Below are positions 27,001-53,453 of a DNA stretch of 64,000 nucleotides, piece after piece (within the stretch, counting starts at the first letter, position 1; the number at the start of each line of letters is the position of its first letter). This DNA comes from Paragordius varius (lineage: Eukaryota; Animalia; Nematomorpha). The DNA is taken from positions 13,144,001 through 13,208,000 of the forward strand of contig OZ176051.1 of NCBI GenBank assembly GCA_964247055.1. The letters are read 5' to 3'. The translations under genes were made by a program, and so were the position numbers. The notes under the pieces are model-generated. The model had not been told where the DNA came from. It saw only the letters and a list, made by a program, of their open reading frames with translations, and searched no databases.

Positions 27001-28195
27001 TTATCATAATCTGAAAATAGGGAAGAATATTATATGTATCGTAGGGTATGTAATTAAAAATAGATAAAACCATTTAAATTAATATTAAAAATATGCCACT
27101 TATTTAGTAATATATACTAATTTTGTCAGATAATAAATTTATGTGTGTATTAAATAATTATTATGGAGTTAAATCTCGGATATTTAAATTTATATTCAAA
27201 TATAAGTGGGTTACATTCATGTTTTATATCTAGTTGTTTAATTTTGATATTTTTTAATATTTTGAATATAATTTAACCTATCCTTGTCTTTGAGCTCAGA
27301 ATTTTAAAATCATTTTGAATTAATCGACCCAAATTAATAAACAATCTTTACCTTTAATATTGTTATACTTCAGCTAAAATGAATTTATGATTATTATAAT
27401 TTTAAAAATTTTATAAATGGAAATTAGATAATCAGATCTAACTCCTCGCCGATATTCTTTTCTTTGGATTTTGTGCAGGAAAATAGATGTATAATAAAGT
27501 TAAGGGAAAATTATTAATTAGAGAAAGCTTTCAAATTACAATTTATTAGCTTTATATTTATTGAAATCAAAATTTCCTGTATGATCGGGTTTCGGAGATA
27601 TACCAGTGTTAACTTTAAAGAAACTGTTAAAATTATATTTTATGCTATAGGGGAAAACGAAATATATAAAAAATAATTTCAAAATACTTTATTTACAAAA
27701 ACTATCAAAAATGTAATCGTTTACTAAAAAGTATATATAAAAATGTAACGTATTAATAAGGATATCTTGGGATTCAAACCGTTTGCATTTTTTATCTTAA
27801 AAGTCACAATTATATTTTGACATAACACATTTGGCACAAGTAATTTTACACATTTATTTATAATGTAAGTTTACTTTTTTTATGTAATGTATCTAAGAAA
27901 GCTTCTCAGTATTTAAATGAATATATCATAATTACCTTAATCTCTTTGTCTGAATAATAACGTCATAATCTCCTGTCGGAGATACTGCGTTTGATGGAAC
28001 GTTGGATGTTCGATAGGCCGCAATACAACACCCAAATACATTCCCTATAACTCCTAGTCCAAAAAGGATATGGGATAGTATTCGATTTGCGAATGCGAAT
28101 TCGGTATTTGGATATTGGATCATATCGGTAAAATTTAAGCATACGCTTTTATTGTGACGCATCAAGTGCTCCTCAAATGGACTAGAAGAAAACAT
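16882..28195 (-). CDS. Class A (rhodopsin-like) GPCR, peptide-receptor-like (FMRFamide/sex-peptide/Srw-like), 2 exons, ~425 aa
   Basis: Exon 1 28195-27936 (TM1 ...GLGVIGN; phase-2 donor AG|GTAATT) joins exon 2 17899-16882 (acceptor TTTCAG) in frame: ...TKRL-R-SRKQEQPINQYLLFL...; seven hydrophobic segments; 1278 nt with no internal stop. Confidence 0.85.
18838..19101 (+). repeat. 5' LTR (264 bp)
   Basis: TGATAGATTTG...ACTACA; about 93-94% identical to the 3' LTR by eye. Confidence 0.93.
19104..19114 (+). promoter_or_regulatory. Primer-binding site (tRNA-Ser)
   Basis: TGGCGCAGTCG, 2 nt after the LTR, complementary to a tRNA-Ser 3' end ...CGACUGCG-CCA. Confidence 0.75.
19141..22870 (+). pseudogene. 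gag-pol polyprotein (K02A2.6-like), with frameshifts and stops
   Basis: Gag zinc knuckles CGKCGYVH..C and CYRCKGRGH..C; protease LYDTG; RT YLDD; RNase H LETDSS; integrase HVGH..CVSC and core HLDIAGP. Confidence 0.92.
22878..23139 (+). repeat. 3' LTR (262 bp), preceded by PPT AAGGAGATA (22869-22877)
   Basis: Direct repeat of the 5' LTR, followed by TSD TATAT. Confidence 0.93.
23545..24702. mobile_element. Foldback family A copy
   Basis: Palindromic arms homologous to 7298-8550, loop at ~24060-24110, right end tgcacacaata. Confidence 0.8.
24739..26200. mobile_element. Foldback family F (~1.45 kb)
   Basis: Arms ~24755-25310 and ~25620-26172 are reverse complements (e.g. cttacccaagtcgttttcgagatatgg / ccatatctcgaaaacgacctgggtaag). 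Confidence 0.8.
26243..26536. mobile_element. hAT-type MITE (~295 bp)
   Basis: Ends CAGTGGTTTTCAACC and ...gttggacccctg; flanks tataattg / atatattg resemble a degenerate 8-bp TSD. Confidence 0.55.
27936..28195 (-). CDS. GPCR exon 1 (N-terminus, TM1, ICL1)
   Basis: MFSSSPF...NRILSHILFGLGVIGNVFGCC; ends at a GT donor in frame with exon 2. Confidence 0.8.
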
Positions 28196-30082
28196 TATTT
28201 CATATACTTTTAGCGGATTAAATACATCAAAACCATTATACTGATAATTTTGCAGTTGATTGCAATTTTAATTAAATTTTAATTAAAATTTTATACCCAG
28301 TCATACTGAAGGTCTGAGAATATTAAACACGAAGATTACTATTATTTGTTGTAGTAAATCAAATGTTGTCGTATATCCGGAACAAACATATTTCTTTAAG
28401 AAGTATTTATTAATCGCTCAAATTTTGGTATTAAAATTAATAGATTTGGGAGTATAGTAAATTATCTTTGGTTTATTCTTTTGGAATAAGGAACTTTTAT
28501 AATTTTAAAGTACTATAAATAATTTAATTGCTTTGAATAAATACACTAAATACTGAAAATTAATATCAAATCATTGTGAAAACAGGAATTAAAGCTATTA
28601 TACCAACTAAAATTTGGATTTATTTTAAATATTACTTGTTATAAATTTTAGGATTTACTCAAAAAGGTATATTGTTTTTATTTACCTATTATTATATTTA
28701 AGCGTAAAGGTTTTACAATTTTTCCTAGCCATTCTGTATGTTCACACATGTTTTTAACTTTATTTTTGGGTGATAGCTGTAATTTCACTCACATTAAATT
28801 AATAAATATTGAAAATTAATTATACTATATAAGTATAAACAAATTAATAAGCATGACGCACGCAAATTTAATGGGAACATCATGTATCACATAAAAAGGT
28901 CCGTAAAGTTTGTATTTGGTTAATATTATCAAAAAGTAATTGGTCAAAAGAAGTAACTACATCAATTTTTGAAGTTATTTGAAGAAATACCTGTTTAAAA
29001 AAATATCTAATTTATGTTTATATGTTTTTAGGTTTTGAATAATCCTTATTTAATAAATCCACGTACGATTTTTTAAGGAGATATTGATTCTATTGTTCAT
29101 ATTTACAGTACTAATTAAGGGATTGGATTTTAGAGAAATAAAGTTCATAACGAATGCATAAAAAAGACCGAAATTCGATCCATAAATGTCTAGAAGAGAT
29201 TTTAGGTATAACTACAATAAAATTTAATTAAATACATATTTGGTTCAAGAGTTATTATCTACAACTAAATCATACTTATCAAAAGAATCATGTAATTCAT
29301 TTATAACAATTATTTATATATTATAACATGAATTATAAAAATTTAATTAATATAAAATTAAAATGTTAATTTTGCAACGTACGATTTTTTAAGAATAAAC
29401 TGTTTTCATAATCTAACATAACTTACGAGTCCACATTTTGGTAAATATTAGGCTACATTTGTCATTTAAAAAACGAACCAGAAACCGAATTATTTTATAT
29501 CATTATGCCGCGCTAAATTTAAAAATATCAGTATAAATGGATATAGACACTAACACCCGAGCCATCTCTGAATCCCACATACCTTAAACCGAATAGATAA
29601 GAGATAATCTCGACACGAGACACTCAAATTTAAGGAATTGACCTACTCATTGCGAAATCATCTCAAATTAATAACCAGCAATCACAATTAATCAACCCGA
29701 TTAAATTTGTCTTCGATCAAATACAATATGTCAAATATAAATCACTAATGATGAACACCTAAAACCATTTTGCGGCATTCTCGGTTTAGCTTTAATAAAA
29801 TACCCAATAATGGATTTGACGCCATATATATAAGAAATTGGGCAAGAACTTGACAAAAATGATAGAAACAATAGACATATTAATAAAAAAATCATAGTTT
29901 GCTCCCATTCAAAGGATCCATATACATGTACCAGACAGAAAAAAACAAAGGAATCTGTTACTCCGGATTGTGCTATTTAATTCCAACAAAATTTTAGCAT
30001 TTCAATGGGGTATCTAAATACCCCACTCAATATTTAAGTTGATATCTTTAAAAAAAACTACTGAAACGGTTCCACCCTAATC

Positions 30083-30119
<37 letters not shown>

Positions 30120-32549
30120 TTAAATAGTAAATAAAATTAATTTTTGGATAAAAAGTTCCGTATCAAACTACTTGTAAAATCACGATATATACAGAAAAAG
30201 TGGTATATTATTATTTTTTATAACTTATGCACACATGTCATGTTGGCCAAATTTTTACCTTTGAATTTTACATCTTTATAAGAAATTACGAGTATTTTTG
30301 AATGATATTTTTATTATATTTCGGTTCATTAAAGTTAAGTGCAAACTTTTGCCATGATTTCAATTTATTCCATATTTTTTAAATATTTCATTTTAAGAAA
30401 CTTGTGGTATCTAACTATCTCAATTTAAATTGGAAGACTGAAATGAATATGTTGTATCCAGGTGTTAATTATGTGTTATGATTAATAAATTTGATCGTCT
30501 AATTTAAATTGGTCTTTATATAATGTATTTTATCTATAATAAAATAAATATATTTAAATTAAATATGCAAAATGCTAGATATCTCTTTTATTATGGTACA
30601 AACTAAATATTGTCGAGCAATTTCGGCATTTTGGCATTTTAACTCACATCTAAAAATTAATTTAAAAAATATGATATGCCATTTATATGTAGTCCTGATA
30701 TATATTAATTATCTGAAATTAAGCTTGACTTTCACCAAATTTTAATAAACATATTATATAACATTGTTAATAAAAATTCTTACTTCATTACCTTTTGAAG
30801 TTATTAATCCAAATACAAATTAGCGAATTTATGTGCATTCAGGAGCCTTTTAGGCACATATTCATTTTTTTAAATTGTTTTTTTTCGCATATAATAACAA
30901 ATATATTATAAAAACCTAACTATTGACTTTAAAAAGCTGATTTTAGTAGCAAATATTTGTTATTATTTGTTTTTAAATTGTTTTTGGAGCTTTTTTAGAC
31001 TTGGTTAGAAAAGTAAAAATATAAATATTTTCATTGTGTGTGAAAATATTGTTTGAAAATTATATTGAAACTAAAATATCCTTGAAGTTTAGGTTGTCTT
31101 TTCTTGTAAAATCCCCAAATCTAATTATTAAAAAATTCTAATGTGTTTTAAACGTAAAATCAAATGTCAAAACAATTATGATAGATTAAGATATTGGAAT
31201 ATTTATATTTCGTAAGGTTAATTCATTTACTGTGTAACGCATGTAAATAGTAGGGCTTAATAAAGTATGGATAAAATTGATTTACACAGGAATGAAATCT
31301 AAAAATTAGAGGAAAGATTACGATGTTACTTGATAATAATTGTGTTGTGTAATAGAACTAAGTTAAAAATTTTTTATATTTGTACTGCATCCGAAATTAA
31401 GTGGCATCTAAACAATCCTGATGCTATATATATATATATATATATCAGAATTGGCCCTTGTAAGTGATTTAATAAAATATTTACCCCCATATCAGTAAAT
31501 GTCAAAATCTGCCCACACTTTGTTTAAAATTTTAGATGAAAGATAAATTGCTTCATACCAAAAAATATCAAAAAATATTTCAAACACTGCATAGAAAAGG
31601 AACAATATTTTTATATAATTTCATTTCTTAAATGTGCATCCAAACATCCCATTTTTTTGGCCCTTCTAAAATGGCTTAATTCTCGTAGTACGTATGCTGA
31701 TTTAGACACTAAAATTTTTTCCAAATAATAATGTTAAAATTTTATAGAAGTACTCTATGATAATAATGATGTTGACAAGCACCAATTTTCTTAAATTTCT
31801 TATTAAATATCTATATTTCAATGATATTTTTTTGTGGACAATAGCTGTTAGATGAAGTCCTAAAATCTAATCTATAACACAAAAATTTAGAATGGATTTT
31901 AGATGAGATCGTATATGGTAAATTGAATCCATTTTTTTGGAGAACAGGGCTCCAAACGCCATATATATATATATATATATATATATGGTTAGAAGGGATT
32001 AGAGTTTAAACCCGAAGCATCATTAATTAGGTTGCAAGGTGGAAAATTTTAAGTTTATGACGGTTCACAAAATTTACATTCCAAACACTTGATATAAAAC
32101 TACAAAAAATATCCTATTTATAACAAGGAAGAACATTGTTTGATATTAACAAACGAAACTTTTAAGCAGTATATTTTTCACAAAAAGAGTGGCCCAAAAT
32201 ATAAAAAAGGATATGTAGGGTTGCTGAAACATTCACTTATAAATTTTATTTATAATGACATTTAAATTTATAAAACAAAAAGAAACTTTCTTGATCATTA
32301 TCATAATTCTTATTGAACCTGTAATCGATTATCGACCATTAGCGATTTTATAGGAAAACTTTCTTTACTCTGTCTGTCGTTGCCTTTTTGATATATTTTT
32401 TGCAGTGATATTTTGGAAAATGTTCGCCTACTACAAATACGTTTTCGACCTCTTCCTCTCTTGCCATTTACTTTAACATTATATCTTTTTCCAAGAATAT
32501 CCTCGAATTATGAGACCACAATAAATAAATTTTTGCTTAATTATTTTTC

Positions 32550-33650
32550 CACGAAACGAACCGGCGCAAAGGGATTGTAACGACATTACAGAGCCTCTAC
32601 TAAAGCACATTCCATCAAATTAATGAATTTATTATTCCAAAAATTTAGTGAGGCTTCCCCGTGGACTGGATCAAATTTCTAGTTGACCCGAAATTCAAAA
32701 GGGCCTAAAATATGCGAAAACTACCGTACATTAGCAATAATTAATCAAACTTCAAAAGTTTCTAGAAGTAATACAAAATGGTCTACTATGTCAACCCGGA
32801 GATCTCAAAAACACTGGTAGGCTTAAGAAAAAAATGAGGATGTATGATCTCAAACATTAGATAAATAATGGAGAAATGTTTCCAATATCAGCTACACCTA
32901 TGCATTATGGATTTCCCCAAAGCCTTTGATACTATTTAACACGATATTCTCTGGAAGGCGCTTAAACAAATAGATTTTCCGATCATTTAAACAAACTAAT
33001 CAAATCCATATACGCCAATTCATACCTATTACATAGCACCTCTCCTGGCCAGACGACCTAGAGCTTAATGATCATTGGTTTACCTATCCCCCATATTGTT
33101 TAACATCTATCTGGAAGGCATTACGAGGGATCCAAATTTGCCAAGCATAAAAATAGGGGGTCTAACTCTGATGATTCCCTACTATGTCGACGACACAGTG
33201 ATCTTAGCCAATTCCCAAACAAGCCTCGAAAACAGTCGGAACTTTTATAACTGCAAAAATTATAATCCAACAATGAATATCAGCAATATTAAAATATTTC
33301 ATATCAAGTCCCCTTAATATATGACTCACTTCGGAATAACGAAACCATTCAAGTGGTCAAAAAATACACATATCGAAGTATTATCAAAACATAAAGTTCC
33401 ACATAACGGGTATAGTTAGCCTAATGCACTTCGGCCTCACATTATTAACTATGGAAATCTCATACACATCTAAAAACTTTCGATTAAGTTGCGAAAGTTG
33501 AACCATAAAATAATGACGAGAAAAAAGAGAAAACTGAAACGCCTTTGAAATGTTCTGCCGAAGGAAAATACTTTGTATAACATGGAATGAGAAGAACATC
33601 GATATTCTAAACAAAATAAACGCACATACAACAAACGCTTCGTGGTAAAT
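32550..33650 (+). pseudogene. RTE-clade LINE reverse transcriptase fragment
   Basis: Degenerate motifs ENYRTLAII, DFPKAFD, LSPILFNIY, IKIGG..YYVDDT, NAFEMFCRRKIL; multiple frameshifts. Confidence 0.8.
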
Positions 33651-33827
33651 ATATTAAAGTTACCATATTAGTAAAAATAAATATAATTAAATCATATAAT
33701 TTTATATAAATTAGCAATAGAAGAAAAAATTAATTAAAAATAGGGTAGAAAATTACCCTTAAAGATATAGAAATCATAATTTAAAAAGGTTTATACGTGT
33801 TCATTCATAAATTTGAATAACGGCGCC

Positions 33828-49082
<15,255 letters not shown>

Positions 49083-50421
49083 TGCATGCTGACACACGAT
49101 TTATCTATTTTATTTTTTGAAATTATGTAAATAATAAAAAGAGTAGTTTTTCAATTATTTTTTATTGATTGGTGTAGAATTCAAGGTTTTTTATTAAAAC
49201 CTTTTAACTTCAAGTTGTTCCTTAAAAACTTTAAATTGGAGCTTAAACAATTTAATTTGGGATAAATATTGAATGCATATATCTTTTTTTTGAAATTTTA
49301 TATATATATGATTTTTTATTCAATAACAATTCTTCAAATAATTTCTGTTTAATTAACAGTATTTTTTACTTATTCAAAAAAATGTAAGTAATAAACTTTG
49401 AATATAATTTAAATAGGCCTTAAGTAATAATCAATTTTGAAATGAATGAAATATTGTATGTGGTTATATTAATTGAAAAAATACTGTAAACAATTAAAAT
49501 AATGGGCAAATTCAAAATCAAGGACAATCTTGAAATGTTTAAAGTTAAACTTTAAATGTTAAAGGACCAACGTAAAGTGTTTAAGCACCAACCTGACGTG
49601 CAATACTATTTCATAGCAATTTAAATTATCAATGGCAAAGATTGGAATTAAAATATAATTGATTTAAAATGCACCATTCTTTACCCTCAATCCCATTATC
49701 TAAAATTGTCTATAACCATCATTAATATTCAAACTAATATTATTTTCAAAAATATCGCCATTATCATTAGGACATTCAATAAATATACGGTCCCTTCTTT
49801 TGGAAACCAATGCAGATCATTCACTACTTCAATTTGTGGGATTGAATATTACCCCAAATGTCATCGCGGACAAAATAATTAAAATATATTGAAGTGTTAA
49901 AACAAAATATATAAATGGGGTAATCGTTAGTCTGAAAGTTTGAGCATTTTTTGTCTAAAAAATCGCAGTAAACAAAAATATACGCAGGCGAAATTACATA
50001 ATTTACAAGTTTAATTAATAATCCAATAAAAGGGTAACGACTGTTTCGTAAATTAAAGGATGTGGAGATCGCCGCAAAATAAAATCAAATTATTTTAAAA
50101 TTTGTTTATTATAAAGCGTTGTATGAAAATAATTATTAACGATTTCAGAGAGATCTGATTGATTATAGTTTTATTATATTATAAAAATTTTAATGTTTAT
50201 CTTTGTTTTTCTTGGAAGAAAAAGGGGGAGGGGAAAATTTTTTTAATTTGGAGGGTCATGAACAAAAAAAGGTTGAGTACTGATCTAATGTTAGACTAAA
50301 GAAAGCACATTATGTTGACCCAATGCTATTAAAATTAAAATAACCCTGGAGTTAAAAACTACCCTAAAAGGTAAGGAAGTGTTAACACAGATAGTAAATT
50401 AGAGATAGGTGAAACATTTTC

Positions 50422-51472
50422 TAGAGGCGTAGCTTGAATTTCTAGGGCCAGGTGCATGAATCCGTGATGGCGCCCCTTGATAAAAAAAATAATCAAATTA
50501 CCGTGGGGACGCAATGTAGCCCTAAATGAATAGAATCACGTGAAAAAAATATGCACCCCATTCATTTGAAAACGACACAGTTAAATATAGCTGTTGTATA
50601 AAAGCTTTAAACTGCGTTCGAACTATGGTTGTGCTGACCAAGTCATGACCCGGTCAATTGACCGGGTCATGACTTGGTCAGTGACTATTTATTTTTTGAC
50701 CATGGTCATTTTTAAAAACAGCTGTTTTTTGAAAATTGGTGGTAATTTTTTTGGAAGAAAGACAGTAAGATTGTTTAATATATTTATTATTATATTTTAA
50801 ATCTTTAAATATACTTATTAACCATATAAAATTTTTAAACATGCATCCTTAAAACATTAGATTTTAATCATATCCAGTTATTTTAAAAAAATAACCATCA
50901 AGCACATTACAAAATATGCAATTCCATATATGTGAACCAATAAAATGAAAAAACATTTTATAATTGAATATATCAATAATGAAAGATTAAAACAAGTCAG
51001 GTAAAATTTTATTTGAAATATCCATTATTAAAAGCTAGGCATTTGAAGATTCAGAAGGTAAACATGTGGCAAAATTTATTTGAATAAATTCTTGATTAAA
51101 TTTGATTTAAAATATTGTAAATAATAAATATCAAAAAAATGTATAATATAAACTTTTAGAAAAACATGACATTATTAGAAGTAAATTGTCGTACGAACAT
51201 TATTTATACAATCCAATATCGCATGATATTTACTTAAGTAAAAAGTGGTCTGACCGTGGTCATGACCATGGTCTGACTGGGTCTGACCGGACTTTTTTAA
51301 AAAAGCAGTCAAATGCACAACCCTAGTTCGAACGCATCGACTAACATTTTTTTTGGAAAACAGTTTACGTCAAAAAAAGAGAGGAAATCCTATATATAAA
51401 CATCAAAAATTTCACAAAAGTTAAATATAAATTTTCATGAAAACTGCATCCCTGGACCTAAATATAGCACAC

Positions 51473-51520
<48 letters not shown>

Positions 51521-52582
51521 ATCCACCTTAATTTCTTTTATGTTTTATTATCATTATCAAGGTCCTCTATTGTCGAAAAATATTGCGATGCCTAAATTAT
51601 TATTGACTAAATAGATTACGGCCCCGTTGTTAAGATTATATTACAGAGCGAACGATTGATCGGAATAAAAATATTAGAGCTTTAGTATGGTAAACCAAGA
51701 TTCAAACAGGAACCGTTTTAGGGTCCGATTCTAAGTCAGTTTTTTCTGATTTCAGTTCCTATTCCATTTTTAACAGTTTTAATTATAAAACGGTTCTATT
51801 TTTGATCGAAAATCTTGATTTTTCTTTATTTGAGGCAACAACATAGAAATGGCCATGAAAACCGGTTTAAATCTAACTCTAGTTCTTATCAATGGATTTA
51901 TTTATTATAATGGACATATGTAAAAAACTCTAAGCTATGTGGTTCATTTTGGGTATTAAAGATACTTGAAATAGATGTATAAAAATAAATATTTCAAGAA
52001 AAATAAGAGTAAATTTGCAATTAAGCAGCAAAAGAATGGTTATAAGGAGAACCTAAGAGAAAGATAAGCACAGCATAATTATGTAGATGGTATACCCTGT
52101 CTTTTGGGAAAGAAAAAAATAATCATTTTGGTATTCGCTCTTTCCATAACATAAAATAAAAAATTTCAACATATTGGGTGGGGCATTGAACAAGCAATAT
52201 AAGTATATATATTTGAAAGAAAATTAACATAAATTAATAATGATCTTATCCTTTTATCTGACACTTAGGTGATTTGAAGCAAATATTTGAAGCTAGGGTC
52301 CATGAATATGAACAGACTGAGGTTAAGGAAGGTAGACGCTGAAGATTAAGGGAAGAGATAAGATAAATAAGGATATGAAACATTTAGTTAGATTTAAATA
52401 TTTATAATACTAAAGGAGAATTTGATCAAGATTGTAGGTCATGACAACTCATAAATGGGTGTTATTAGCATATTAACTTTCAAATATCTGTTTTTTTAAA
52501 TAAAATTAATATTTTTCAAAATCCGCGCCCCCTCAACTATTGCGCCCGGGCCCCCCTTTCTACTCCCCTAGAGGCGCCACTG
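50422..52582. mobile_element. Composite of hAT-like ends (tentative)
   Basis: GC-rich ends tagaggcgtagc...gggccaggtgca (50422), a reverse-complement-like end near 51472, and ...gaggcgccactg (52582); no convincing TSD. Confidence 0.3.
50624..51325. mobile_element. hAT non-autonomous element (702 bp, TAGGG-type TIR)
   Basis: TIR TA(T/G)GGTTGTGC / GCACAACCCTA; 8-bp TSD GTTCGAAC (50616-50623 and 51326-51333); subterminal TGACC repeats. Confidence 0.75.
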
Positions 52583-53453
52583 TCATTACTCAGCAGATAT
52601 TCTGGTTAAAATATAAGTATATGGAGTAAAACCCATCAACACTCTCATAGTTTTGGGTTTAAGGCCTAAATATAAAAGAACTTTCCATCCATTATCGCTA
52701 ATATTGAAAACCTTAGCCCACATATGGATTTTATAGAAAATGCTTCTCCAGTCAAAATATTTTATTATAAACTATAAGTTGCAATAAAAAATAACAATGT
52801 TAAAACTTTATTCTTTTGTATGATAGTCTAAAAAATTTTAAATTCTTAAAAAGGGAGTTTTACAAAGCTAAGATTTCACTATGTAAAAACATATATGTTG
52901 TTCCTATCTAAATTTAGTCAATTTTAACGGAAGTGAAATAAATTAATGATAAGGTATACAAATATATTAAACTAAACTCTTTTTTTTAAAGTTCATTGAT
53001 TAATATATGCATATTATTTTAAGTGTCAACATCAAACTATGAAAAATATTGTTTTGAAAAATAATTGATAAATGTCATTAATATGGTATAATCGCCATAG
53101 ATGTGTGGCCAACAAATCATATGCTAAATAACTGATAATATGCCAAAAGCTTTAAAGGTCATTTTGTTACTAAATAATTTACAATTAGAAATGAAAGGCG
53201 CTAATTGTCACAAAAATTTTTATTATTGTTTATATATTTTTTAATCATAAGATACATTTTTGAATATTATAGGTGTAGTTTGTCAAGTTTTACTATAAAA
53301 AACAATTTGTTTGATATGACATTATAAACAAATTTTTAGGCTATTTTGCCCGGTTTTAGGTGTTATTTAATAATTTACTTTTTTTTCAAGAGAGAAGAGA
53401 TGTTAGTTAAGTAATATGATAGATAATTCTAGAAAATTAAATTATTATAAGCA

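Noticed and set aside
29510-29990. Slightly GC-richer, coding-like patches at 29510-29990 and 51900-52440
   Set aside because: Too many stops and no diagnostic motif; possibly old LINE debris but unsupported
53411-53432. Possible 22-nt GT-AG micro-intron in the glycosyltransferase 5' UTR
   Set aside because: With no reading-frame constraint it cannot be supported without transcripts
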